DNA of 64,000 nucleotides from a virus. Taxonomy: Duplodnaviria > Caudoviricetes. The notes beneath the pieces were generated by a model. The model was not told the DNA's origin. It saw only the letters and a list, made by a program, of their open reading frames with translations, and searched no databases. The position numbers and the translations under genes were made by a program. The stretch spans positions 1 to 64,000 of the IMG/VR virus record IMGVR_UViG_3300033463_000049. One strand, 5' to 3'. Positions 27,474 to 41,400 of the stretch are shown in pieces. The first letter of the stretch is position 1. The number at the start of each line of letters is the position of its first letter.

Positions 27474-28051
27474 TGGCAAATATAGATAAGTTTATTCCTA
27501 TACTTCTTAGATGGGAGGCGGGAATAGTAATGAAAGACGGAGAGACTCTGGAACAAGCTTTTTTACGCGCCAAGAAGCGTGGATTCTCAAACGATCCGAA
27601 TGATCATGGCGGCGCCACAATGGTTGGTGTTACGATAGGTACATTTAGGTCTTACTACAAATACAAAGGTAGACGTACTCCTACTGTAACTCAACTCAAG
27701 AACATCCCATATAAGGAGTGGAGAGACATTATTCATTCTATATTCTGGTCTAAGTGGAAGGCCGACCTCATAGAAGATCAAAACGTGGCAAACATGTTGG
27801 TCGACTGGGTTTGGACTTCTGGACAGGGTGTTGGTATTAAGAGAGTTCAGAAGCTGCTTGGTGTAACAGCAGACGGAATAGTTGGTCCTAAGACGCTGGA
27901 AGCAGTAAATTCTCAAGATCCAAAAGAGCTGGTTAAGAAAGTATATAACGCTAGAGTTGCTCACTTCAATTCCATAGTAAAGACTAGCCCGTCTCAGAAA
28001 AAGTTTTTGAAGGGTTGGATGAACAGAATTAATTATATTTATAACCTATGA
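27473..28051 (+). CDS. GH108 lysozyme-like endolysin with peptidoglycan-binding domain
   Basis: WEAG...DPNDHGGATMVGVT; ADGIVGPKT; FLKGWMNR. Confidence 0.9.
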   Translation: MANIDKFIPILLRWEAGIVMKDGETLEQAFLRAKKRGFSNDPNDHGGATMVGVTIGTFRSYYKYKGRRTPTVTQLKNIPYKEWRDIIHSIFWSKWKADLIEDQNVANMLVDWVWTSGQGVGIKRVQKLLGVTADGIVGPKTLEAVNSQDPKELVKKVYNARVAHFNSIVKTSPSQKKFLKGWMNRINYIYNL

Positions 28052-28698
28052 AACAGAAAACAAATATATCTGTAAAGAATAATCTCGGTTACCACGTTAC
28101 AGCCAACATGGAGATCGGTCCGAATAAAGGATTTATTTCTGGCGATATTCTCGACGCCAATGCTGTTGCAAAGTTGATAGAAGATAAGGTGGCAGCACTT
28201 GTTGGTGGAGCTACTTCTTCAGCAGATACTCTTAAGGAAATTGAGGATAAGATTACACAGCTTGCAATGAGTCAGATTACCAACGATGCAGGTTATGTAC
28301 AGCAAGATGCTAATGGTCAACTGAAGGTCAATGAGACCAATATTACCAACACTATCAATAAGATTGTTGTTTCTAATCAGCCGTTCCCATCTACATGGCC
28401 GACCGGTATGGAAGAATCAAATAGTTTTTCAGATCTTATTACAGCAATGAATGCTGACACGGACATAACTGCAGGTAAAGTATATCTTGCTACTGTGGGC
28501 TACAGCGATCTCCCCAGTTCTTTAATTCAAGCAGAATTAAAAATAGAGGTGACACAGTGGGATGACATTCAAAAAATTGCGGTGTTTACGCTATCTAGTT
28601 CAAATCAGTCACCTTATAACTGGCACAATACGTTGGTAGACGGGCTGCTTGGATCGTGGTATTCATTTGCACTTGTACAAGAGGAACCTGTAGAGTAA
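28048..28698 (+). CDS. putative fibre or structural protein
   Basis: LVGGATSSADTLKEI and ITNDAGYV fibre-type motifs. Confidence 0.65.
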   Translation: MKQKTNISVKNNLGYHVTANMEIGPNKGFISGDILDANAVAKLIEDKVAALVGGATSSADTLKEIEDKITQLAMSQITNDAGYVQQDANGQLKVNETNITNTINKIVVSNQPFPSTWPTGMEESNSFSDLITAMNADTDITAGKVYLATVGYSDLPSSLIQAELKIEVTQWDDIQKIAVFTLSSSNQSPYNWHNTLVDGLLGSWYSFALVQEEPVE

Positions 28699-28707
28699 TA
28701 ATTAACT

Positions 28708-30756
28708 ATGGTAGATTTTACTAAAAAGATATATAACACAGATAAATTTCGTCAAGCCGCTCTCTTCTTTAAAGAGCACGGGTGTTATACTACCGCTCCC
28801 AGAGGAACTACCGATTACATGCAATACTGGGAGCAGGAGACGAATAGATGTTTAAATGGTTACGTTGCTCCTGACGGAGATGCTATAACAGGATACCATT
28901 ATTTTTATTTAAACTACAGTCCTATTATGAAGTTGGTAGAAACGGAGTACACGGACCGTTATGGTGCAAAACGCACAAGACGTGAACGTATATTCGACTT
29001 TCCTTCATACTGGGACGGAGATTATTACTACTTTAATGCAATAGAAGAAGCGGAATCAGAAGGAAAGCACATGGCCGTTCTTAAATGTAGACAGAGAGGG
29101 TACAGTTTTAAAGGAGCTTCGATGTTAGTCAGAAATTATGAACTTATCCCAGGAAGCAAAAATTTCGCTGTGGCTAGTGAGCAAAAGTTTCTTGTTGGCG
29201 ACGGAATCTTAACTAAAGCCTGGCAGATAATGGACTTCATCGATAAGAATACAGCATGGTCTAAACAACGTCTCACATCGACTCGCATGGAGCGTGTGTC
29301 TGGTTTTAAGATTAAGGATGAGTTTGGTAAAGAAACTGAGCAAGGTTATTTATCAGCTATTACTGGTATTACTCTAAAGAACGACCCAGAACGTCTTCGT
29401 GGTACTCGTGGTAAACTTGTACTATTTGAAGAGGGTGGTAAGTTCCCAGGACTCGAGACAGCTTGGCAAATTGAACGTCCTGCTGTAGAAACTGACGATG
29501 GCGTTGCATTCGGTCTTCTAATTGCATTTGGAACGGGTGGTACAGAAGGTGCTGCATTTGACGGACTTAAAAACATGTTTTATCATCCAGACGCCTTCAA
29601 CGTATTGGGATTCCCTAATGTTTGGGACGACAATGCAGAAAATACAAAATGTGGATTCTTCTCCCCGTCTTACTGGAATCTAGAAAGTAAGGATTCCAAT
29701 TATATGGATAAAGACGGAAATAGCATGCAAGACGCAGCAGTTGAGCGTTTATTGGCAGAGAGAGTTAAAGTTAGAGACGGCGGTGCTTCCCAAGAAGCTA
29801 TAGATAGATTTATATCCGAACGTCCAATTAAACCAGCAGAAGCTTGTTTGGAATTGGGAAAGAACATATTCCCCAAGAAACTCTTGATGGATCAACTTAC
29901 CAGAATACGAACCAATGCAAAGATTTAGAATATGAAACACATAGTAGATCTTTCATGGGATGGTAACGGTAAGGTGTAGGCTATTGAAAAGAAGACGGGA
30001 GATATAACAAACTATCCTTTAAAGAAAGATGACAAACCAAAAGGATCAGTAGTCATCTGGGAATATCCTATCCCAGACGCCCCATTTGGACTATACATTG
30101 GCGGTTGTGACCCGTATGATCACGACGAGTCCTTCACTAACTCTTTAGGATCGACGTTCATATTTAAACGCGTTAGAGCAGGTGAAGCGTGGAATGATGT
30201 AATAGTCGCAGAATATACTGGCCGTCCAGATACCGCAGAAGAGTATTATGAGAATGTGCGCAAACTGCTAATATTCTATAATGCACGACTTCTGTTTGAG
30301 AATGAACGAAAAGGTATATATCCATACTTTACAAACAAACATTGTGATTACTTACTTGCAGATTAGCCTGATAAGATAATCAGCGAAATATTCAAAGATA
30401 GTAAAGTACAGAGGCGTAAAGGTTGTCATATGACAAAAGCAATTAGGGCGTACGGGGAAGGCCTTATATTAGAATGGCTGATGGAAGAATATGAACCCGG
30501 ACACCTTAACATAGAGAGAGTATACAGCGAACCACTTATAGAAGAGCTTATAGAGAATGACGGCGTAAAGAACGTAGACCGTCTGATAGCAATGTGTATG
30601 GTGATGATATACCGAGAAGAGCTTTTTCAAGTAAGAGTGGCCGCTGCAAAAGAAGAAAACAAATAGGTCGAACTCTTCGAACTTCCGTTGTTTAGTTAGC
30701 AGTGGTTTGATGAAGGCAACGATGTACATGAAGATGTACCGCTATTTAGCTTTTAA
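28708..30756 (+). CDS. terL: terminase large subunit (682 aa with TAG=Gln)
   Basis: Walker A KCRQRGYS, Walker B LVLFEEGG; the nuclease domain YIGGCDPYD...SLGS lies beyond the first TAG. Confidence 0.95.
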
Positions 30757-30761
30757 AACGT

Positions 30762-33251
30762 ATGATTAGAATAGAAGACAATTTATATAATGCTACATTC
30801 CCTTAGCAAAAATTGCCGTTGTCAAAGAAGAATGAAAGGTGGCAACACGATTGCGTAAACTTTATCATAGGCGAGGGAAATGTTGTTTCCGGAGGAATGC
30901 ACAAGACGCACTTTGGGGAGATGTAGACCTATTATAATCTTTATAATAGCATATTCGACGAGAAGGATTTCAAACGAGTTACAAATCCTTTCAAAGTTGA
31001 AGATGGATTCCCGGCTACTCCGCAAGACTTTAATATAATAAGACCTAAGATAGACTTGCTCATAGGTGAAGAGACAAAGAGACCTATGAACTTTAGAGTA
31101 GTTAGGACTTCACAAGAAGCTGCTTCTGAACTTATGGATAAAGAAAAGGAGATGGTAATGCAGTATATAATGGCTGCTATTACTGCTCGCATGAGTCCAG
31201 AAGAAGCCCAACAATTTTAGCAGCAGCTACAGAACGGCGAGGTGATGCCTCCCGAAGCTATTGCTAAATACATGCAGAAAGACTACAAAGACATAGTAGA
31301 GAATACTGCATACCACACTCTCGTATACTTGAGAGAAAAACTTAATCTGGACAACGAATTCATAAAGGGTTGGAAAGACGCGCTTATATCCGGTGTAGAA
31401 GTATACTACGTTGGTGTAAACAATGACGAACCTTATATGGAGCGCGTAAACCCAATGTACTTCTCGTACGACCAGAGTCCTGACTTGGAATACGTTGAAG
31501 ATGGGTCTTGGTGCTGCAGAAAGATGCGTTTGCCTGTAGCTGAGATTTACGACAGATATTACGACAAACTGTCTGAGAAAGATCTGGACAAGCTCAACGA
31601 AATGCTCACTGGTCATGCAATGCACGATGCTGGTGAGAAGGATCCTGTAGACAACTTTGGAGGTGGTATACAGATGCACATATATGATAATCCGATTTAC
31701 GATCAGAAGTCTAGATACTGTGTAAATGTATGGCACTGCTGCTGGAAGTCGTTTAAGAAGATATATTATGTCACACTTCTTGATGAAGCTGGACAACCAC
31801 AAGTTACTATTGTAGATGAGACATATAAGAAAGTAGGTACAGAACTGTCTGTCGAACCTGATTGGATCGTCGAAGTTTGGGAAGGCTATCGTGCCGGATC
31901 TGATCTTTACTTTGGCATTCAACCTATTGAATATCAGCACGTATCGATTGATAACCCAAATTCTCAAAAGCTTCCCTATTGCGGATGCGTTTATTCTAAT
32001 ACCAATAGTCGCCCTAGGTCCCTTGTTAGCGTCCTTAAGCCTTTACAATATATGTATATAGTACTTTGGTACAGGTTAGAATTGGCGATCGCAAGAGACA
32101 AAGGAAAAGTAGTAAACATGGATATTACATAGATACCTAAGTCTATGAATATTACTCCAGATAGATGGATGCATTACTTGTCTTCTGTTGGTGTAAACTT
32201 TATTAACCCGTATGAAGAAGGTTGGAATGTACCAGGTCGAGAAGGCGGAAAGCCTGCTTCATTTAATTAGATCACTTCTCTCGATCTTACTATGTCGAAC
32301 GTAATAGCTGAATACATTCAGCTTATGGATAAGATCGAACAACTCGCAGGTACTATATCAGGTATCACCGAACAGCGTCAAGGTGCCATCAGTTCGAGTG
32401 AGCTTGTCGGTAACGTTGAGCGCAGTGTTGTACAGTCGTCTCACATCACAGAACCTTTGTTCTGGACTCACAATCAGTGTAAGAAACATGTACTCAATAT
32501 GTTGTTGAATACAGCAAAGGGTGCTTGGGAACAAACGGGCAAACAGAAGCTTTCTTATATATTTGACAATGGAGAGCGAGCATACTTGGACATATCCGAT
32601 AAGTTCTACTATGAGGATATGGATGTATTTGTAAGTGATACTTCCAAAGACATGGAGAATATCCAAAAGTTGCAGCAGCTCATTCAGCCGGCCATGCAGA
32701 ACGGCGCTAGTCTATTGGAAGCTGCAGAGGTGCTTACTAATGACAACTTTAATATTATTAAGCAGAAGCTTCAGGATATGCAGCAGCGTCAAGAAGAGCA
32801 AACGCGTCAGCAACAAGAGGCTGAGCAACAGCAGGCTATTCAACTCCAGCAAATGCAGAATGAACAGCGTGAACAAGAGCTCATGCTTGAGGAAGCTAAG
32901 ATGGATCTCGAACGATATAAGATCGACGCAGATAATCAGACTAAGATAGCTGTAGCTGAAATCAGTGCTTATCGTGGTACAGAAGAGAAGGACGCTAATC
33001 AGAATGGCATACCCGATCCTATCGAAATTGCCAATGCCGCTACACAGCAACGTAAGGTTGATCAAGATGCTTACCTGAAGAGATACGAAGCTCGTCAAAA
33101 GCGCGAGATTGAAGATCAGAAGGTAAAGCTCGAACGTGAAAGAATGCAGCACGAAATGGATTTGCAAAAGCAAAAAGATGAAGAGGCATATCGCAGAGAA
33201 AAATTAAAAGCTTAGACTGCATTAAAGAATAAAACATCTAGTGGAAAATGA
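30762..33251 (+). CDS. portal protein (829 aa with TAG=Gln)
   Basis: FP[TAG]QKLP N-terminus; NIIRPKIDLLIGEE; ISGITEQRQG; follows terL. Confidence 0.9.
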
Positions 33252-33424
33252 CAAGAAGTGAAGAACAAGAGCTCTTAGAGCTTGCAAGATAGAACAACGA
33301 GCTTCTAAGAGCTATACTTCGCTTTGTGTAGCACGATGAAGCTAATGATATGATGACTAACATAGTTGCTAATTTAGTAGCTAATAAGATGGAGGGAAAT
33401 ACTTATGCGCAGAGATCCTACTGA
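33248..33424 (+). CDS. small hypothetical protein (58 aa, 2 TAG)
   Basis: ATGA overlap with the portal gene; MTRSEEQELLELAR. Confidence 0.65.
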
Positions 33425-34571
33425 ATTTAGAAAAAGATTTTAGAAATGGAAATCGGGAGCTAAACCGTACTAGTATGGAATTCCGTATGAAGACGATAAT
33501 CATAATCTAGACTACGATCAAGCTCGCGCAAATCAATTGGGTTATACGCCAGATGAAACTGGACATTACCCAAGTAGAGATTACGAGACTGGAAGATATT
33601 TGAAATCTGTAGCCCACCCTACTGTATCTAAAAGTATATATACAGATATGGGTTTAGGATACGACGTTTTTTATAATTAGAAAGACGGGTAGTTGTATTC
33701 GCAACCGAATTGGGGCAATAGTTACAAAGATAGACTTCCAAAATATAATGATGGAAAACCCGAATATAAGTATGTACAAGCTGGTGCGGATAATAGTTGG
33801 AGTCGGATAACAAACGATTCCAATGGCGACGTATTTGCAAACCTTGTTGTAACTCCAAGTAAAGTGAAGCTTAATGCAGATAAACTTTATAATTCTGAAC
33901 CAATCAATTCGTCCGCAAATATAAAAGCTAGATCTATATCTATTCCCAGAAGCATTCACCAAGAGCCTGGATTAGAAATAACTTCTCCGGAATTTGATGT
34001 GCTGTCTTTAGGTTCTGGAGTACTAAAAGAATTAAAACGAATAAATTCCTTTAAACAAGTAATAAAAGAATACACTGGAGATAAAGATCAACTTAAATAT
34101 AACTTATTAGACTGGCGCGGAAGAAAAAAAGGATACATCACCGCACATACGTACGACAATACACCGGAAATAGGATTTGTAAAATCTGATATTCCTGGTG
34201 GCTCTAGGGCACTATACGATGCGGTAATAAAAGACGTTACTGATAAAGGAATGCCTGGATTATATACAGGAAAAGATTTATAGTCTGCTCCAAAGACATA
34301 TTCTGTGTGGAAACATTATAAAGACAAAATCCTTGTTGGGAACAATGGGCAACATTCTAATATGAGAATGCCCGGAGTTTCCGGTAATTTGAAATGGAGT
34401 GGCGATTATAATAAAATGATTCAAAATTGGCAAAATAACATATTTGATGGGACAAACAACGGTGCGATTTATTTATTAAAAACTCCATCGTAGCTAATAC
34501 AAACTTCTTCATATTTTCCAAATGTATCTTATTTAGGATTGCCTATTTTAGGTCATACAATAACAGAATGA
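33405..34571 (+). CDS. mosaic virion-associated or cargo-like protein (388 aa)
   Basis: MRRDPTEFRKRF.KWK.G N-terminus; GHYPSRD..TGRYLK..HPT; LPKYNDGKP motif. Confidence 0.7.
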
Positions 34572-34593
34572 TAAACAATTTTAAAAAGAATAA

Positions 34594-34824
34594 ATGAAAA
34601 CATACACAGGTGCAAAGCTACACGGAGTAAACAAACAGAATGTTGCTCCAGGAAAGCTCGGAAATACTGTTTCTTTAGATCTCGGGACGATTCCAGAAGA
34701 TGTATTGGAGGATAAAGTACTTCCGTTGATAGAAAATTTAAATACTGTATTGTCCGACTATAAAATATATATATGGACAACTGTGGGTTACGTCGAAGAC
34801 AAAAATACAGACAATGAAGTCTGA
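34594..34824 (+). CDS. small hypothetical protein
   Basis: 76-aa ORF. Confidence 0.65.
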   Translation: MKTYTGAKLHGVNKQNVAPGKLGNTVSLDLGTIPEDVLEDKVLPLIENLNTVLSDYKIYIWTTVGYVEDKNTDNEV

Positions 34825-34856
34825 ATAAAATAAACTTTAATTAACTATATTGCAAT

Positions 34857-36029
34857 ATGGCAAAAAAGAAGAATACTATACCGAGTGGTTTCGAAGATGT
34901 TCTTGGCAACATCTACGGAAATGTAGAGCAGGGCGAGAGTATTACTAATGTAGACGATCTCCTTCCTCCCGATACGCCACTTGAAGATAATGACGATGAA
35001 AAAGAACCGCCAGTGAATACTGAGGACGGCGACGATAAAGAAAAGGATGACACTCAAACTCCTCCTGCTAATAATGAGGATGACAGTGAGATTCCAGAAG
35101 ATGTTTTGAAAAACATTCAAAACAATGATACAACCGAAGTTGATGACGAGGAAACTGAAGATAACGAAGAACCTTCAGACGCAGACCTCGTTGAGGCTCA
35201 GCAAGTTGGGCTGTTGTTCGATGCTATCGGACAGTCGCTCGGTTGGAATATGAACGATATTGACGAGAAGGATAGACCTCTTACGGTAGACGCTCTTACC
35301 GACTTCTTTGGTAAAGTTATCAAGGAAAATTCTGTTCCGGAGTATGCAGATGAACGTATACAGCGTTTGGACGAATATGTAAAGAATGGTGGCAAGTTTG
35401 AGGACTTCTACGCTAAACAGCAAGAGAGTCTTACTCTTGACGATATCGACATGGAAGATGAAGTTAATCAGAAGGCAGTTATTCGTGAACTCTTAAAGCA
35501 CAATAACTACAGCGATGAGCAAATTAATAAGAAGATCTCTCGCTATGAGGACAATGACATGCTTTATGAGGAATCAGAGGATGCTTTAGATAGATTAAAG
35601 CAAATCAGGCAACATGAGATTGAAGAAGCTACGAGACAGTAGGAAGAGCTTGCTCGCCGACAAGAAGAGCAGTCAAAAGCCTTCTTCGAATCTGTCACCA
35701 ACGACATCAACTCGTTGACTGACATTCGCGGCATAGCAATCCCTAAGGAAGATCGTAAAGCTTTGTTTGACTATATATTCAAAGTAGATCAGTCTGGTAT
35801 GTCACAATATCAGAAGGACTTCAATGAAAATCTATCAAAGAATCTCATCGAATCAGCATACTTTACGATGAAAGCTGACGCTTTGATCTCAGGTGCCGAA
35901 AAGAAAGGAGAGTCATCCGCTGCTGAAAAACTTAGGAAAATGTTACGGCATACAACTAAAAATCATACTACATATAATGCCGATGATAAATAGAAATCAG
36001 TTACGGACTTACTTGCAGGTGCGTTCTGA
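34857..36029 (+). CDS. acidic scaffold-like protein preceding the MCP (2 TAG)
   Basis: Very acidic N-terminal half, helical C-terminal half, position directly before the MCP. Confidence 0.75.
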
Positions 36030-36055
36030 TATTAATTAACAATTTATAAACGTAT

Positions 36056-37564
36056 ATGAATAATACTTTGCTTAATAATCTCCAGCTGTATCGTGGACGT
36101 CGTTTCTCGGACCTGGTAGATGAGAACATGATTTCTAACGCCCTGCTGACCAAGCCCCATGAGGTATCTGGTCTGCTTTCACTGGTTTTCGGTACTAAGG
36201 ACGACGGTGTTTCTACCGCTATTGATATGATTACCGGTGGTCTGGGTAAAACAATGATTATCGAGAACCGTGAGTTCGAGTGGTCCGTAATGGTTGATGC
36301 TGATCACGCTATCAACATTCGTTGGGCCAAGGCTGACGGCAGCGAGATTACTACTTCAAATTACAGCACTGTTACTCCTGGTGCCAACGGTCAGCCTATT
36401 TATCTGGCTCTCGAAGAGCGCTGGTTCGGTCCCGGTGCAATCCTGAGCTTCGATGACTACAAGTTCCAGGTTCGCGTTAGCGGTACTCCGTATCAGGACG
36501 GTAGCGCTTGGGTTTATGAGTGCTACGTTGTTGACAGCAGCAACGCTGCCTACATTCCTGGTGAGTTCCTGCTTCCCGGTCGTCAGGTAAGCCGCATGGG
36601 TTCTGCCTATGAGGAGTACAGTGACGAGGCTGATATCCTGAACTATCAGACTCCGTTTAAGATGCGTAACCAGTTGCAGACTCTCCGTCTGTCTTGGGAC
36701 ATCACCGGCGATGCTTACAGCACTGTTTTGGCTATCGCTCTGAAGGATCCCGAGACTGGTAAGACATCTTATCTCTGGTCTGATTATCAGTACTGGCTCG
36801 GTCTCCGTGAGTGGAAGAAGCGTGAGGAGAAGGAAATGCTGTTCGGTAAGTCAAATCGTCAGGCTGACGGTACTTACAACCTGAAGGGTACTAACGGTCG
36901 TCCCGTTGCCAAGATGTCTGGTCTGTTCGAGCAGATTTCTCCGGCTAACGTTCGTTACTACACCACTCTGACTGCAGAGTTGCTCGAGGACTATCTGTTC
37001 GATCTGTGCTACAATATTCTGGGTACAAACGAGCGCAAGTTCATGGCTCTGACTGGTGAGATGGGTATTCGCGAGTTCGATCGCATCCTGAAGGAGAAGG
37101 TTGCTGGTTTCAACCTCATCGACACCGTATTTATTACTGGTAGTGGTCAGAACCTGACTCTCGGTGGTCAGTTCACTACTTATAAGATGACTAACGGCAT
37201 TGAGCTCACTCTGAAGCGTTGTCCTCTGTTCGACAACATGGAGTTGTTCCGTCAGCTTCATCCGCTGACTGGTAAACCACTGATGTCTTACACCTTCCTG
37301 TTCGTTGATATTGCTTCACGTGACGGTCAGGCTAACATCGTTAAGGTTTGCCGCAAGGGTCGCGAGTTCGTTCAGTGGTGCACTGGTGGTTCTGTAATCC
37401 CCACGGGTTATGGTAACAGCATCAGCACGCTGCGTTCTAACAGCCGTGATGGTTATCAGGTTCACTTCCTCGGTGAAGTTGGTATCATGCTGCGCAATCC
37501 GCTGTCTTGCGGTATTCTGTACTGTGATGCCGAAGATACAGAAATCGTTAATGAAGGTATCTGA
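36056..37564 (+). CDS. major capsid protein
   Basis: 502 aa, strong codon bias, no TAG, portal-scaffold-MCP synteny. Confidence 0.9.
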   Translation: MNNTLLNNLQLYRGRRFSDLVDENMISNALLTKPHEVSGLLSLVFGTKDDGVSTAIDMITGGLGKTMIIENREFEWSVMVDADHAINIRWAKADGSEITTSNYSTVTPGANGQPIYLALEERWFGPGAILSFDDYKFQVRVSGTPYQDGSAWVYECYVVDSSNAAYIPGEFLLPGRQVSRMGSAYEEYSDEADILNYQTPFKMRNQLQTLRLSWDITGDAYSTVLAIALKDPETGKTSYLWSDYQYWLGLREWKKREEKEMLFGKSNRQADGTYNLKGTNGRPVAKMSGLFEQISPANVRYYTTLTAELLEDYLFDLCYNILGTNERKFMALTGEMGIREFDRILKEKVAGFNLIDTVFITGSGQNLTLGGQFTTYKMTNGIELTLKRCPLFDNMELFRQLHPLTGKPLMSYTFLFVDIASRDGQANIVKVCRKGREFVQWCTGGSVIPTGYGNSISTLRSNSRDGYQVHFLGEVGIMLRNPLSCGILYCDAEDTEIVNEGI

Positions 37565-37643
37565 TTAAAATAAAAAAGAATAATGTATTCGGCGGGGGGT
37601 CATAAGGGCCCCCTTGACCGGTACACAACAACTAATGTAAATT

Positions 37644-38396
37644 ATGGTAGTTGAATTAAAAATTAAGAAGAAGAATCCCTGGATTGGTTTGGTTAAATAT
37701 AAGGCATGTTTTGACTATATTGCTCCGTATTTCACTAGGTCCGGGTCGATTTACACGGGACTTACTCCCGAGGACGAAAGATATTACGAAAAGGCTTTAG
37801 GTTACGAAGAAGGTCATCTTGCAAAGACTAGTGACTTCTGGACTACATTCTGTGTTAAGGTTGGATCAAGAGGTTTGATTCTCGACGATTCAGTTCCCCG
37901 TCAGGAGATGATAATCAAGTTCCTGAGTGGACACAAGCGTGTAGCTACGTCATTAGATAAGCTCACTGCAGGTAAGGACTATTTGCTGATTAATCGTGAG
38001 GCAGAAGCTGTTGAAGCAAACAAGATCAATAAGCTTCGTCGCGAGGCTCTTAAGGAATTCGATAAGCTCAGTCTCGAGCAGATGCGTAAGTGTTTGCGTT
38101 TGTTTGGTGTTAAGGCAGATAAGCTGTCAAACGAGCTTGTAGAATCAACATTGTTCAATTTGGTTGACAAACAGCCGAAGCGATTCTTTGAAAAGTGGGT
38201 TGACAACAATACTAAGGAAACTGAGTTTATTCTCGAAGAGGCTATTGCTAAGGGTGTAATTCGTAAGGATAAGACGCACTACTTCTATGGCTCAGACATG
38301 TTCGCAGATTCACTTGAGGATGCAATTGCTTATTTGGATAGTAAGAAGAATCAGGATCTAAAGCTTTCGATTATTAACGAAACACAAAATAAATAA
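37644..38396 (+). CDS. crAss-like structural protein following the MCP
   Basis: 250 aa, no TAG; synteny. Confidence 0.75.
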   Translation: MVVELKIKKKNPWIGLVKYKACFDYIAPYFTRSGSIYTGLTPEDERYYEKALGYEEGHLAKTSDFWTTFCVKVGSRGLILDDSVPRQEMIIKFLSGHKRVATSLDKLTAGKDYLLINREAEAVEANKINKLRREALKEFDKLSLEQMRKCLRLFGVKADKLSNELVESTLFNLVDKQPKRFFEKWVDNNTKETEFILEEAIAKGVIRKDKTHYFYGSDMFADSLEDAIAYLDSKKNQDLKLSIINETQNK

Positions 38397-38413
38397 TCTA
38401 AATCAATCTGCAT

Positions 38414-41400
38414 ATGACGCACAGAGACATATACATAAAATTTATGATCGGTTACGATAAAGCAAACGTTACTTCATCGTATCCTTCCTTGACGGAGTAT
38501 GAAATAGCTACGTTCTTGGATAAAGCATATCTTGCGCTCATTGCTCAAAAAGTGACCGGTAATAATTCGCGTCATATAGGGTTTGAACAAGACTTAAAAC
38601 TAACCGAAGATTTAGGTCCACTTGTTACTACAAAAAGAATAAACACCGATATAAACACCAGTCCGATACCATATGTAAGCAACGCACTGTCTTGTGGCAA
38701 ACCAAACGACTGGTTGTATTTTGTGTCCGGTGAAATGAAAAGAGGTTTGGGAGATTATGAAAAGACTTGGGACATGCAACTCATAACACACGATGTTGCA
38801 TCCAAGTTCCAAACCACAGCATATAACATTCCCTGGATTAAACATCCGGTGTGTTATGAAGAAGGAAATCGCATCTATGTATTGTATGACAGTATACTAC
38901 AATCTGCTAATGCCGGTAGTAATCCGTCGCTGTCTTTGACATACATAAAGAAGCCGAAGAAGTTTATGGTCAACGACGAACCTGAGATTGTTATTCCAGG
39001 CGCACCTACCGTCACTTCTGATTATGAAGACGGACAAAACGTTACGTTACACATAGGAGATACTTTTTAGATTGAGTATACAAACGGAAGTTATGGTTCA
39101 GTAATGGTGTTTCCTCCTAGAATAATCAATACTGTGACTTCTGAAACATCGACTGGCGGAACCATTAATTGTACTGCTCAATATGTTGGAGAAGGTACTC
39201 TAACTCTTAAAAGTACGGCGCACCCTACGTGGCAATACTCAGTAAACTTTACTGTAGTGCCGAACGAAGGGGTTACTGAAGAGTGGACAAAAAGTATAAC
39301 TGGTCCGGATACAATATAGGGCAGTGGTAGTGTTACAGCACGTTATTACGCCAATATGATTAGTAATTTGTACGGTTTCTACAATTGCGAATGGACGATT
39401 ACTCCGATGAGCGGTCTAGGTGGACATTAGTTGAGTGATTATATATAGTATGGATCTGATGGAAATTAGTTGACAATAGACAGGTTGAGAAACTATACGT
39501 ACGATATAACTGTGTTTATCAAAGCAGAACCTGTTGGAATTAGTGATCCTAGTAGAAAGCAGGCTGCTACTGTATCTAAGTACGTTAGAATAATTAACGA
39601 GGCGTATCAACCAGAATAGGAACAGTGGTATATAAGTTTTAATCCGGATACGTATAATATTTCTCAAGATAATACTATACCACTAGAAGCACACATGGAC
39701 AGTTCACTAGGCAATGAGGATGTTCCTGTGTTTAGTATTACAAGCGGTAATTAGTATGCTCGTATTACAAATCAACATGCCGGTACATATCAGCAGGAGG
39801 CTACGTTGGAAATATTACCAGCGGCAGAGGGCGATGATTTCCCAATTACTATTACGGTGAGGGGAACTAATCATAGTGAGATTTCTGAAAATTATTATGT
39901 ATACGTACAATATACAAACAACGAAACCCCCAATCCACCGACGCCCACTATTTGGCACTTTGGAGATTTACTTCCTGCAGGATTATATGGGTCTGGTAGT
40001 GAACCACAACCTAGTCAGTCTGCCACATTAACAACTGCTCCTACTGCAAAATCTTTAACATACAATGGTTCAGCACAATAGTTGGTAAATCCCGGTGTTG
40101 CATCTGGTGGTACGTTGATGTATCGAAGAGTATATCTCGGATCTTCAACAGCATGGAGTTCTGAAATTCCAACGTATACTAATGCGAACGTTCAATCTTA
40201 GATATATTACATGATAGTGGGAGACTCTAGTCATTCTGACGTAACCTTCCCAAATCCAATCAATGTTGAAATATCTCAAAAACAGCTTGGTGTAACGTGG
40301 AGCAATACGTCATTTACATATGATGGCAACACGCACGTTCCAACTGCTACTCCGACCGGAGTTGTGGGTTCGGATTCAATATCGTTTGTAGTAAGCGGCG
40401 GAGCATCTTCTGCGGGTACGTATACTGCAACAATTGCTTATATGGAAGGTACTGGATATACCAATTATCTGCTTCCACAAAACAATACTTGCCAATTTAC
40501 TATATCTAATTCAGGATCAAGTTCTGAAGCGAGTGTGACAACTGCCCCGACCGCCAAATCACTTACTTATAACGGACAACCCCAAGACTTGTTGAATGCA
40601 GGAACAGCCTCTGGCGGAACACTGTATTATAGTTTAAACGGAACTGACACAACTCCAACTTGGTCTGCATCTATTCCGCAATAGACGAACGCTGGTACTT
40701 ATAACGTATGGCACAAGGTGGTTGGTGATTCTTCACACACAGATAGTCCTGTATATGGACCAATGTAGGTAACTATCGGAAAGAAAGAAGTTACGTTGAC
40801 GTGGAGCAATACTACTTTCTCATATGACGGAAGCTCACACGTACCGTCTGTATCGGTGAGCGGTGTAATAACAGGAGATTCTGTAAGTGTATCGGTAAGC
40901 GGCGATCAAACTAATGCTGGTACATATACAGCAACTGCTAGTATGACATCGCAGAATTATAAATTGCCTTCAAATTACACATGTCAGTTTACTATAACCG
41001 CACCTCAATTACAACTTAGCGAGTTCAATAGTCAGTCTCCTACTGGATATTATGTGATGAAATTCGACGCTTATGAAGTTCGCACCGATAATGGGCTTGG
41101 TATAAATATAGGGGCACAGTATACTTATGTAAATATAATAGTTTATATTGATAGAGAAAACGGCGTTGTAAAATGTCCTTCTAATCATTACACCGGAAGT
41201 TGGAAATTACTTTCGCTTAATGAAACAACGCAGTCGATAGGATCTACTATCAACTCTACTCCAAGTGGTGGAAGTGGAGACGAGTATTGTACAGAAATGT
41301 GCGACATTGCGCGTATTGTAATGTAGGATAAATACGGAATCAATCTAACGTACGATTCTAATTCTTTGGACAATAATGTAATTGTTTTCAACGATAGTGA

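Noticed and set aside
28708-37564. Inteins or introns in terL, portal or MCP
   Set aside because: Lengths are ordinary, frames are continuous, and no intein or endonuclease motifs were seen.
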